From assembly GCA_013239625.1 (NCBI GenBank), contig MU054187.1, forward strand, positions 9,569,231-9,633,230: 64,000 nucleotides of DNA. The letters run 5' to 3'. Position numbers and translations under genes: made by a program. How positions within the stretch are numbered: position 1 is the first letter of the stretch; every line of letters begins with the position of its first letter. Shown piece by piece: positions 48,025-60,447 of this stretch. The stretch is from Lama guanicoe (Eukaryota). A model generated the notes under the pieces. That model worked only from the letters and a program-made list of their open reading frames with translations. It was not told the origin of the DNA and ran no database searches.

Positions 48025-49737
48025 GCCTTATGTCACTTTTAATGGATTTTTTAGACTAATAGCTTTTGTGAGTTTTTGTAAACCCTTCTTTAGCAATTTA
48101 TTGCTAAAACAGGAATTAAGCAAAGCAACAGTTTATCTGGGCCTTCCCCTTAATTATTTCTTCTACAAACAAATGCCTGAAAAAAATCTTTTTTTTTTTT
48201 TTAATGCATTGAAGCAATTAGAAAAAGGTTAAAGGACTCAAGAGATTCAACGGCTCCGGCCTGTGAGCAGACGGGCCATTCATAACTTTGTAGTTTCTAA
48301 TTCAGAGCAGCCTCAGATGAATCTCCTGCCCAAGCTGGTCTGCTTATGGAACAAAAGCCTGGAGTTGTGTCTGTTTCACGCCCCATTGGAGGTGCACACT
48401 GCTTGGGGCCGGCCTCTCGGGTGGCCTCTATTCATCAGAGGGACTCTGCCCTCAGCGATTTGGCTTTTACAAATCACTCCAGGGAAATCCAGTTTAGACA
48501 ACACAGAAATGCTTCCCTTCATACCACTGGGACTTCGCCACAGTCCTTTTTACCTTGTAAGTAACCCACAAAGGTTTCAGTAAACTATTTCCTGTTACTG
48601 CAGCCCCAGCAAGAAAAGAACCCTTTTCTGGGACAACTTTTCCAAAATGCTGACGTCTGAAGGTGACTCCTAAAAGTTGTTCCTCAGTGATTTTTTTCCA
48701 CAGTTTACAACATAGCACCCTCCCAGGACCATTTTCACAAGGCTGCCTTTTACCTGATACCTTATTGGCTCTGACAAACAGGGATTAATTAGGTACCTGT
48801 AAAATAATACACAATCTGGGAAAGGTGTTAATATCCCAACAGGCAACAGATGCCAAGTGTCTTGTTTTAAACAATTCAGTTTGGTTTTAGTCCTGCCTAT
48901 ATGGGGAAAAAAATGCTTCTGCAATTACAAGTACTCCAGCCTCAGCTAAGTTATCTTAAATAACAAAGGAAGAAGGAATGCAGAGGCAGGGCTAGGCCGG
49001 AGAGATGAACATAACAAGATTTGGCACCATCTCCCAAGGAGACCAGGCTAAGGCAGCAGGAGAAAGGACCTCTGAAGCTGGAGAGAGGAGACGAGAAACC
49101 AGTAAACTAATTTTAAAGAGTGAGTGGTGAGGCATAACTATTTCCGAGATTTCTCTAAGCCTACAGTTTTCTCTTTCATATTTAAAAAACAGTATCTTTT
49201 AAAATTATTTGGAGATAATTGAACACTTATAAGCAAATTTCCTTAAATACTAAAAGTAAATGTCTAGCAATAGTGCCTTCTGTAAGAGAGAGAATTGACC
49301 TCAAATTCTGAATTAAGTTTTCTGAAAGCTTCAACTCAGATTTCTTCTCCACATCTCGAATTTTCAGCTTTCATATTCTTCAAATATTAGGCTGAGCTGA
49401 TTTTTTTTCCCCCAGGAACATCAGTGTAGATTGATGAATGGTGATTCCTAACAAGGAAAGTAGGGCCAACTTTGTATTAAAAAAAAAAAGTTAAGAATGA
49501 GACTAAAATAATGCAATAGAAAAAAGAGCATTTAAGATAAAGCCCAAATACATTTTTAAATTTTTAAAAGATAAAGTCCATCTAGTAAGGGGCTATATGG
49601 ATAGCTTGTTTTCACTGACAATATTTTCTCAGCATTATGTAATTAATATGTTATATTCACTCCATTATTAAACATTTGTCCATGGACTGCATATCTGCCA
49701 CAAATGCAACAATTCACACTTTTATAGTAGCCTAACA

Positions 49738-50217
49738 TGAGAGGCTGAATAATGACCCCCCAAGACATCAACCTGCGAATCCCCAGAACCTATAAATATG
49801 TTCCTTTACATGGTAAAAAGGACTCAACAAGTGTGATTATGTTAAGGATCTTGACATGGAGAGATTAGTCTGGATTATCCAGGTGGACCCAGTGTAATCA
49901 CAAAGGAGACAGAGGGAGATTTGATGTAAGAAGGATGTAGCATGAGGAAGATTCCACCAACCGTTCCTGGCTTTGAAGATGGAGGAAGGGACCTTGAGCC
50001 AAGGAATGTAGGCAGCCTCTAAGAGCCAGAAAATGCAAGGAAATGGATTTTCTCCTAGAACCTCTAGAAGAAATGCAGGGTTTCTGACACCTTGGTGTTA
50101 GCCTATTGGAAGTGACTTCAAATGTCTAAATTCCAGACTGTAAGATAATAAATTTGTGTTGTTTTAAGCCAATAAATTTGTGGTAATTTGTTACAGAAGC
50201 AACAGGAAATTAACACA
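49738..50217 (+). mobile_element. MaLR solo LTR (MLT1D-like)
   Basis: TG...GCTGAATAATGACCCCCAA...CTGGATTATCCAGGTGGACCC...GAGCCAAGGAATGTAGGCAGCCTCT...TTTGTTACAG...ACA. Confidence 0.8.
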
Positions 50218-50329
50218 GTGTAGTTTAGTATATTCATTCCCATTTTACTAAGAGGTCTAAGATTTTTCTATTTCAAACATCTATGATCCAAAGTAATTGA
50301 GCACAGTGACTTGAATAAGATGAGTGGCT

Positions 50330-51127
50330 ATTATTGTCCAACCAGGTCAGTTTGCCGATCAGAGCAAGCCAAAAGCTGAGATGCCGAGCTTCGCAGCCAT
50401 CAGTTTATTCACAAGGCAGCCAAGCGAAGAGATGAGAGAACAAATCTCAGATCCACTCCCTGAAGTCAAGGGGTTTGGGATATAGGATAAGCAGAGAGGT
50501 CTTAGGTGTCGGGGAAAGGTGATTGGGAAAAGGTGGAAAGGTGAGGTCATCGGTGTTCTGTGCAGGTGTATCTGGGTTACATGCTTCTTCTTATTCAAAA
50601 AGCAAGCACTTAGAGGGAGGGTCTAGCTCAGTGGTAGAGTGCGTGCTTAGCATGCACGAGGTACTGGGTTCAATCCCCAGTACCCCCATTAAAATAAGTA
50701 AATAAATAAACCTAATTACCTTCCTCCCAAAACAAAAAATAAATAAAAAATAAATTAAGTATTAAAAAAAAAAAGCAGGCACTTAGTGTGATCTTAACTA
50801 AGGGTGACGTTTCCCAGTCCTCTGATGTCAAAATGCCATTCATCAGACACCGCGCAGGCCCAATCTTACGGTCAGTGGTACCAACCAGCTTTAGTACAGA
50901 CAAGAGCTGCTGCCCCTTGAGTTCCTGTAAAACCTCTGGGCTCTGCGAAGCTGCAAAGCCATGCAATTAAAGAGAAAAAAGAAAGAAAACACAATTAAAG
51001 TGAGCTTAAACAGTGAAGGCAGTTTACGAGCGGCCACGTTTTAACAAGCTGTTTCCCTGCCTGTTTCTCTGCAAGACAAGCTCAAGAATTCCCGTTAGCT
51101 TCTGGTAACTTTGTGGGCACGGTTTCA
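50330..51127 (-). mobile_element. Probable ERV solo LTR carrying a SINE insertion
   Basis: Minus strand starts TGAAACCG; minus-strand AATAAA at 50404-50409 near the other end; LTR-like composition. No TSD resolved, so the boundaries are tentative. Confidence 0.55.
50614..50769 (+). mobile_element. tRNA-derived SINE (camelid type, full form)
   Basis: A box TAGCTCAGTGG, B box GGTTCAATCC, A tail; 17-bp TSD AAAAAGCA[A/G]GCACTTAG at 50597-50613 and 50770-50786 (one mismatch). Confidence 0.9.
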
Positions 51128-54100
51128 GCATTCCTTGAGCAGGAATGACAAGATTATGGGCAAGAGCCAGGTGGGAGATAAAAACCAACTAACCTAGAAG
51201 TTAAAATTGTCTAAGAAAAATCCATAAACTAAATCCAATGTAGACTATTTGTTATTACATTGTTCTTAAAGAAAGAATTTATCCAATAGCTGCTTTTATA
51301 TGCTTTTCAAGTCATTTCAAGGGTTTTTTTTTAAATACTATTTCAATAAACTCTAGAGTCCCATGGGACTTAATGACAGAAGTAAACACAGTATGGCGAC
51401 TATTACAGTAACTGGTAAGGTGCTAATAGTATAGGTTGGGTTTGATTTTTCTAGATTCAATATAGTTACAGTAACAGACTGTGCATGTTTCAAGGGGAAG
51501 TTCTTGCGAGAAGTAGCTACAACTGGTAACTGAGAACCAGGAGGTCAAACAGCTTTCCCGAGAGCTGATATTCTTTCTTCCTACTACCCAACCAGGTGCC
51601 CTCCTAAAACTTTGAAATACACTGAGGTCAATCCAGGCTGCACCTGACACCTCTTGCAGCTGTGGCCTCTGATCTAGAATGCATTGTTTCAGGGGATGCC
51701 CTGGAAGCCGAGAGAGCCTGTCCTGCTGAGGGACTGTGCAGGCTGGAGGTGTGTTCCAGTGTAAGCCTGGATAGCAAATGCCTACCAATAAATAATTTTA
51801 GCCTCATTCTGTTCATATTCTTGTATTTTATCTCTCCCTCTTGACCCCTTCTGCAGTTGGGGATTCTGCTCAAGCATCGTTTCCCTAGGGAAACCTTCCT
51901 TGCCTAACCACCCCTCTAGCTGCATCCCTTCATTATGGACATCCATGAAGCACTGCATTCCTCTTCTCCACAATGCTCATCATGGTTTGTGCTTATATAT
52001 TCATCGGGGTAATTATTTGTTTAGTGTGTCTCTCTCCCCACTAAACGTTAAATCCCATAAGATTGGAACCAGGTCTGATCTATCCCTCCTAGTTTATGGT
52101 TATGGTCAATATTTGTTGAGTGAATGATGGAATGAGGAACCTGGAGTGTGGACCCAGGCCCCCCTCCTCTTCCCCTAACAAATACTTGGCTAAGCTATAC
52201 ATGAAGTCAGTGTAGGTGAGTCAGAATAAAACAACATTCTAGAACATTTAGAAATATTTGCTGAGGGCCCAATGGGAGCTAGAATTCTTCAAGAGCTACA
52301 GATCTGCAGGAGGAGCTAAGGCATACACAAAGAGCTATAGCAATAAAACACTAATGACAAGCACAAGTGAGGGACAGATAAAGTGCAATGAAAGCTCAGA
52401 AGAGCCAAAGTGACTTCCAGAGGAGGGGATCCTGCCTATTCCGTGAACCACCTTCCTTGATAATATTCCACACTCCCTTGCCCTCCGTCCTTCAGCAGAT
52501 GGGTATGCTGTCTGCTCGCTCTGCTGCTGCACCGGATCAGCGGACCCCGGTGGGGAGGCCAAGGGCAGAGTAGATGCATGTCACTGCCCAGGGGGACAGG
52601 TGGGACTGAGTGAACACAGAAGCGTCGTCACAGACCTAGCAGAGGGCCTGAACTCACACTTCCCAACCTAAAACAAGTCCTCCGTGCTGCTTGGCAGATC
52701 CCCTGTGTTTCAAATCCATTCCCTATTCTTTCCAAGGATTGTTTCAGAAATTCTTTATTCTCGGATCTCTGATGGTGCGTTCCACACCCAGAGGTCCTCC
52801 TTTTCTCTCTCAGCCTCTTTGTCTGCAGAGGAACTGAAGTCAAAGAATTGCCTCTGCTGAGACAGTGCTCCCCCAAGGCAGGCCCCGTTCAGTGACAGAC
52901 CCAGGGCTGGAAAGTCCTGGCTTCCTCACCTGACGTGGAAAGACTTGAAGGGCTGTGTGAGGCTCAGAGCTCCCCATGGACTTGGCCAAGGCCTTCATCT
53001 CCCTCTGCCCCATCCTTCCCCCTCCTCAGGTGCTGATTACAAGAGCACTGCAGAATTCACTGCCCGCCTGTCAATCCCCGCCACATCCGCCCCCAGGGAA
53101 TGCTGGCCCCTCTTCCCCGGAGCCTGCTCTGCGCCGTCCGCCAGCCGCCTTCTCTGTATTCTCACCACTTCGGCCCCTCTGGCCTTAGGGTCTTTGCGCC
53201 CTTCACGGGCCTCGACCTGCTGTTCCGCAGTCTTCTTTACCTGCTTACCTCACGCCCATCCATCTGCCAGACCTTACGGCAACACAACTCTCTCCTGAGT
53301 AAACAGACCTGTTTCCGTTGTCGCAGCCTCTCCTGGGACTGGTGTCTCTCCTTCACCACACGTGGAGTTCTGTCTCCTGTCCCAGGTTTAAATGTGCTCC
53401 TGGGCTGCTTGTTTTGGCTCGCTGTCACATCCTTTGTGTTCTGCACAGGTCCAGGCGGTGCGCTAAGCTCCGTCAGCATTCCCTCGGAGCTTACAGTCCA
53501 CTGAGAGAGACAGTCCCAAGGAGGTTAAAGAATGTGTGGACCTCCACAGTCCCACGGTCAGTAGGAAGAAGGGCTGGGATTAACATAATGAACTCCAAAA
53601 GGCTCAGGGAGAATATAGGGGAAGACGGAATGGAGGGAGGAAGGCAGGCTTACAGTGACTGTGACTTCCGAAGTTGTCATGTTGTGGCCAGAAATAGGCA
53701 GTGTTCCTTCTGAATTACAAAACATTTTCTCTGTAGATTCCTCATTGTTTAGAATGGCACTGCCCAGTGCGATAGCCACTCACCACACGTGACTACTGAG
53801 CCCTTGAAATATGACTGCTCTTAATTAGAGATGTGTGTAAAATGCACATTGGATTTCAGACTTACAGTGTGAAAAAGAATGTAAAATACCGCATTAATGA
53901 TGTATGTTGATCACATGTTACAATGATAGTATTTTGAATATATTGGGTTAAATATATTCTTAAACTTTAAAGCAATGCTGCAGAAGCCCTCTTAGCTGAC
54001 ATTATTTGCACTCATTGTTAATTGAGCAGAAGGTTCAATAACCTGGAGAAGGCCTGTTAGCCTCCTGGCGCTGGGGAGTTTGGGAATGAAGAATGTGGGT

Positions 54101-55264
54101 CCATCAGATGAGTAAATTAAGGGTATGTTGGTTGAGAGAACGTTAGCATTAAACAAACAAGATAATAACACATTTGTGCTACAAAGAAATGCAGTTGATA
54201 AAGTATAAAGTAATTAGTGGACCACATTAGACAGATGTGTAATTTGGTGACTATGGAAATTTCGGTGGGGTGGGAGTGGAAGCATGAACTTGAAAGTAGA
54301 GGCAAGGCACAGAGATGTAACTGTGAAGTATTTATGGGGAACTGTGACAAGGGTTCACGTGGTGGAGGAGAGTAAGCTTTTACACATAAAATTTTGGTAT
54401 ATTTGGTATATACAGCCCAAGGAAATACTCACTTACTCCATGTAGAAACTAAGCATAAATTTACTTCTTCAGAAGAAATGGGCCCAACAATGCTAGAAAA
54501 TAATGGTGAGAGGTTCGTAACTGAGTGCCAGCATTGCAGACTCCTACATGTAAGCGTATGAATGGAATAGTGCAAGGAATAATACGTTACATCTTGCTCG
54601 GGCAGAGCTTTATTTTCCTCTACTATCCAACCTAGGCTTCACTTTTAAAAACTTGTTGTTAAAGTATAATGTATATACATAAAATGCACGTAACAGTAGA
54701 GCTTGAGTTTGTACGAAGGAAAACACATCAATACAATCAGCACTCAGAGCAAGAAGTGGAGCTTTGCGGCACTCCAGACGCCCCCTCCAGCATCCTTTCA
54801 ACAACCCCTCCCCACCCAAGGTACCACTGTCCTGACTTCTCACAGTATACATTAGTTTTGCCTGTTTTTATGCCTTTATAGAAATAGAATCATATACTGT
54901 GGACTCTTTTGTGCCTCATGCTTAATTTTAAACAATCAAATCTCAGATGATTGAATGAATCTCGGCTCAGCATTGTGTTGCATTTGGACAAGCCTCTTAA
55001 CCTAAGCCTGTTTCCAAGTCCATAAAAGTGGATTATAAAATGTTTACCTAATAAGAGTTGTTAGGAGGATTACATGAGATCACGTATGCGGCTGGCACAC
55101 AGTTGCAGCTGCTACTTGTACTGAAACTTTAAGTCTGTGAACTTCCCAGGTGGTGGAAGACCCCTGCGCCAACAATTTTCCATAATGTAAGGGGAGAGGG
55201 GAGAAATCCACACTATCTGGGCAGTGACCATTCCCTTATTCTCAAATGAAACTTGGCTACTTGA

Positions 55265-55697
55265 GTATTTCACCGTTGAGAACTATGCTGGCTGTAGGTT
55301 TGTCATATATAGCTTTTATTATGTTGAGATATGTTCCCTCTATACCCACTTTGGCGAGAGTTTTTATCATAAATGGATGTTGAATTTTATCAAATGCTTT
55401 TTCTGCATCAATTGAGATGATCATGTGGTTTTTGTCCTTTCTCTTGTTGATGTGATGTATTACATTGATTGATTTGCGTATGTTGAACCAGCCTTGTGTC
55501 CCTGGGATGAACCCCACTTGGTCATGATGTATAATCTTTTTTATGTGTTGTTGGACTTGTGGTTACCAGGGGGGTAGAGGGTGGGAAGGGATAGACTGGG
55601 ATTTCAAAATTGTAGAATAGATAAACAAGATTACACTGTATAGCACAGGGAAATATACACAAAATGTTATGATAAATCACAGAATAAAAAAAAAAAA
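55265..55697 (+). mobile_element. Young L1 insertion with 5' inversion (inverted ORF2 RT piece + sense 3' UTR piece)
   Basis: 55265-55555 encodes on - an uninterrupted L1 RT segment ([23 protein letters not shown]...[22 protein letters not shown]); 55555-55697 is sense 3' UTR plus poly(A); perfect 17-bp TSD GAAACTTGGCTACTTGA. Confidence 0.92.
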
Positions 55698-57804
55698 GAA
55701 ACTTGGCTACTTGATCCTATCGCACTTTCGGCCAAGGGAGAAGAGATGCCATTTCTGTCACATACTTATTCATCTCTCCTTCTAGAATATCAGCTTCCTC
55801 AAAGGCAGGGTCATGCGCTATTTACCACAGTATCCCCAGTACCTAGTGTCAGGTTCTGAAAGCACTCATATGTGTTAGTTGCCAGTTGAACAAATAAATA
55901 AGTCCTAATTGCATAGGGGCTTAGGAAATTATGTCAAATTCTGATCCAATCTTCTGAGCTATGACTGGCAAAATTACAGTAGTAAAATCAGAGTTAAGTC
56001 AATGTCCCTCCTTCCTATCCTGTGCTGGCCAGGAAAATCCACTCAAATCTAGCACATTCCGTACTTGGAACTTGAATAAGTACACCGATCCGAGACCTTG
56101 AAAAGTGAGGGCAGTATAGTACACTGCTTTTAATACTGAGTTTGCTTAAATTCAACAGCTTTTAATGTACTGATGCCAAGATACTAAAAAGTTTTGAAAA
56201 TCTCTATCTTCCCAACATGTCAGCCATGAATAATTTTTTTCCTGGTGTACTTTTATCTTGGTTTTCGACCAATATTTTTAACATCCTCTTGACGGTATCT
56301 ATTAAAAAAAAAAAAGCCAGAAAAGGAGAAAATGTAAAGTTCTGATGGAACTTCACTTGGTTCATTTTACCCTACACTACATAATTAAAAATAAATTTTT
56401 TACTTCTCACTGAGTTCCTGAGTGGGAAGTACCTCTTCAAAACCTCCCATCTGTTTTACATCACAATTAAAAGTCTGATTGGCTGGCAAGCCTACCACTC
56501 TATAACTGGATAGATCAGGCAGGAAATCACATGGTTTTATAAAATGAGCTAAAAGATGTTAACAAAATCATTTTTTTCATGCAGATAAGAAACCAAAGCT
56601 ACTCATAACCTACTGTGTAAAATAAGTCTGGTTAATATTTTCTGATAGAGCCATGACTAATCTTTGAACTTTTTTCCAATTTAACACTGAGATTTTCTAA
56701 GCACCATGCTGGAGGCAGGAGCTCTGAATAGCAATCCCTACTCTTCAAAACATAAAGTGGGAAAGTTTCATGGAGGCACCAGGATGATCAGGAAACGATT
56801 CACAGCCCTGCGCTTTGAAGGCTGAGTAAAATTCTAACAGGTAGACACAGAAAAGCAGCTCTGAGGAGAGAGCATTACAAACACAGGCACGGAGACGGAA
56901 GCATACACACATACGTTCTTGAAGATCCGAGTCACCAGGCCCAGGTCAAGAAGTGAAGAAGGAAGAAAATTATTATTTAGGCAACAGACAACCATGGAAG
57001 GTCTTTCGACAGGAAAGATGTGATCAGATTTGTGTGGTTTTGTTTGCTTCTTTATGCTCACATGTAAGGAGTTATACTTCTCAGCAGTTATAGTTCACAT
57101 GGTACATTAATAAATTAGCATGCTGGTTTCATGTGTTAGTCTCACGTGAACACTTGACATAAGCATTCTACTGAGAGGTATAACTCATTTTCAGTGGGTT
57201 ATCCTTAAGATTTCTAAGCCTAGAAGGCTAAAGGTAAAATCTGGATGGTAACAAATTCACTGAGGCAGTGTATTACTGCACAGACCCGACTGGGCAACCA
57301 GTTGGCCCTGCCTAGGTGACACCTTGAAGTCACAGCACAATTTCCTGCCATTTCTATAGAGTGGAGATCAGAGTGACTCATGCAATAATCCAAGTGAGAT
57401 GAAGGAATGGAATTAGAGCTGTGTTCTTATGTGGGCTGAGGATTTACAAGAGGTTTCATTGTGGAGGGTGATGGAGAGGGAGATTCCTCAGTGGGAGAGC
57501 GAAGGGAGTGCAGCACCACTGAGAGACAGAACTAAGGAGGGGCAGGTCCAAGGTGGGGAAAAAAGGACACACTGCACTCAAGGAGCTGACAGAAGAGTCA
57601 TACGGAAACATCTGAAGGCAGCTGAAAATATGGCTCTGAATGGGGCTCTTGAGTAAAGAGGTCAAGTTGTGTTAACAAATAAAATCACCCATTAAGGGAG
57701 TTCTAAAGGAGAAAAAAGGTCTAAGAATAGCTTGTTCAGTTAAGTCCCTAAGGGTTCAATCAATACCAAAAAACGCAAAACCAAAGTGAAATGAGCAACG
57801 CCAT

Positions 57805-60318
57805 GCCCACTTGTACACAGATGCTTTATTTTGGATGTTAACAGTCAACATTGTATGCAAGATTCTCTTACAAATGAAAGTTTTCCCATACATCAAAAAA
57901 CTCAATTTAGTCAGGGTAATTAATTGCTGAATTAATATGAAAACCTTACAACAAAATGCAGTATTACATATGTGTAGTCAGTTTCCATGCAAGTATGGCT
58001 GCTACATTTATGTCTGGCATTTTTATAACATACTGAAAGAAATTCAAATGAACACAACAGTATAAAGGTGACTTAAGATGCCTGACATGTTTAAGATTAA
58101 AAATCTTCTTGCAAAAAGCAACAAAGCAGTTAACTGGAGGATTCAACCAATACCAACCCAAATATGTACTATGTCCAGTAAGCCCAAGCTTATCTGCAAT
58201 ATATTACATTTGGGATAATTTAATGCTCAAGAAAAACTATGCTTTAAAAAAATATAGCTCTTCCAAGATATTATACTTTGGTGATTGGAGACTATGTACA
58301 TCAAAACCAGCTAAGCGCTACATTAAAAAAAGAAAGAAAGAAAGAAAAAAGGAACCATTATGTGCTATTTAGTTCAAGGTAACTGAAATTGAAATGATTC
58401 AGTATGATTTTGCTACAATTATTGGTTTTACAAAGTGAAATTTCTGTGAGAAGTTCACTAATTTAGAAGCAATCAACATACTTAACAAACACGCTATGAA
58501 GATTCAAATTGGTTCATCTATTTGTTATCAACAAGGCATAATCTTAGTACCACACCTTTTCTTCACTTCTCACTACATATAGTATGCAAAAATGAGCAAG
58601 CAGATTTAAATAGCTTAAAACCCTTTTAGGTCTACTGTTCAAGAGTGAGGCATTGAAATACTTAGTGCTTCCATTTCTATTAACATAAAAACATCAGAGA
58701 ATCTTAAGCTGTTTTTAAGGCATAGTATTTTGGTATTTGCAAGAGTTTGCCTGGTAATGGTTGATTCCATTAAGTTAACTTGAGAACTTGCCATCATTTG
58801 CTTATCTTCTCACACAGTGCAAGTGTTGGTCGCTCTTTCCTTCTCTCTTAGCAGCAAGCCAGGTCTGCTATTTTCTATAGCAGCATACTTCAGGAGTGGA
58901 GAGGGAGAGAGTGTGTCAATTACAAATAATTAAAACTACAGTGTACAATCCTATTTACCTGTCAGTGTTTAGGTTGACAGCACACCATTATATGTCTCAA
59001 AAAAATTACATAAAATCTCTACACAAAAGCAAATAAAGACATTCTTTCAAGAAGAAATAAAATAAGTGCAAACACCTAAAACAGGCAACTGAAGCAACTG
59101 TTGTAACCTGTAGAGAAACACAAAACATTTATAAAAGGACAAATATTTTTATAAATAAAAGATAATGTTCTCTACTTCTGAAACATTGAGTAAATATAAT
59201 AAACTTCTAAGTGCAGACTGTTTTTAGGGACCAAAGTACCATATTATTTTTTAAACAAAATGCAAAAATTTCAAACACATATACAAATCACCAGATTAAT
59301 TTATGACCCCCCCATATAATTTAAACAGAAAATATTAAATTATTATTTAGTACATTTTTAGAACTACTTTATAACCAACATGATTTAAAGGACATAGTGC
59401 AATATTTAAGTGGATGTGACATACAGTATAGATATTGTATTCTTTGCAGCTATAACTTACTATTGGTTGCGTACTTTAAAAAGTCAAAATTGTTCTTTGT
59501 TAGCTGTAATAACAGGAAACAACACTGGCTTCTAGACACCCTGTATAGGTATAAATATCTACATTTAAGCTTTAAAAATGAAAAATAAATTATAAAGACA
59601 GACTTCTTCCCAATTTACATTTTTCCTGCTCCTACACACTGTACAATACATTCAACAAGACTCTCAGCTCTTCTGAGATTTACGAAGAAAATACTGACTC
59701 TTTACTAATAAGGAAAAAATCTTTTTGCGATGCCTTTTGTTTTTAGTACTATGCTCAAATAAATACATTTAACACTGTAGTTAATTTTACTGTTTTTTTG
59801 AAAAATATGAAAAATTAGTAGTGCAACTTTCTTTCTCTTAAATTCCTTCCCACTGTGTTTCTCTGTAAATGGTAGCCTAGTAAATCAGCACAGAGGCAAA
59901 AGTACTTCATAAAACCACATGTGCTTCACAGACATAGACTAATTTCAGAAATCATACATACTCATAAAACCTATCTGTAACAGAACTGCAGCGTCAAGAG
60001 AGGAGCAACATGTATCTTCTGAAGAAAATACATGAGAAGTTACTTTTAGAAGATCCATGAACATTCTAATATGATTTTCCCATCTTTAAAAAACAATTTT
60101 AAAAAATCTCATCTCTTAAAAAATAAACTATGAAAATGCCTACCTACCCCTTACTTAAGTGCCTAGCCTTCCGCCTGCCCAATATGAAAAAGGATGCAAA
60201 CCGTTTTAGGGCTGTGTTAAAACTTTAAAATCAATTAATTGACAAAAAATTTCATTGCAACCTAATTTAGTATAGAATCCAGTAAGCGAGTGGGGCATTT
60301 CATCAGTTTTCATAACAA
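57805..60318 (-). other. MYBL1: MYBL1 3' UTR (about 2.5 kb, AU-rich, no obvious repeats; end approximate)
   Basis: Runs from the stop codon to the poly(A) signal; carries many miRNA seed matches (see findings). Confidence 0.75.
57825..57830 (-). terminator. MYBL1 poly(A) signal AATAAA
   Basis: TTTATT on +. On - it is followed by a GU/U-rich downstream tract (TTTGGTTTTGCGTTTTTTGGT). Confidence 0.75.
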
Positions 60319-60447
60319 TCACAGTATGAGGGCTCTTGAAGTGCTGCTGGTAGCCGTGTAAGTACTCAGATATCTTCTTGCTTGTTCAGTCATGATAAGC
60401 TGGTCTTCTGTCTTCCCATAAACCACTGTCTCCCATTCACAATTTGA
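60319..60447 (-). CDS. MYBL1: A-MYB terminal coding exon (SNCEWETVVYGKTEDQLIMTEQARRYLSTYTATSSTSRALIL, stop)
   Basis: Acceptor TTTCCTTTCTAG; TGA at 60319-60321; matches the recalled MYBL1 C-terminus and parallels the MYB/MYBL2 tails (W..V..G...QL....AR..L). Confidence 0.95.
   Translation of the reverse strand, partial: SNCEWETVVYGKTEDQLIMTEQARRYLSTYTATSSTSRALIL

Noticed and set aside
50614..50690. tRNA-like sequences with A and B boxes (also near 33040, 42281 and 47950)
   Set aside because: They carry SINE tails, and at least two have clear TSDs; they are tRNA-derived SINE heads, not tRNA genes.
55257..55517. Reverse-transcriptase ORF as a possible domesticated gene or novel RT system
   Set aside because: It is an 86-codon fragment of L1 ORF2 inside a TSD-bounded insertion and stops before the catalytic FADD motif.
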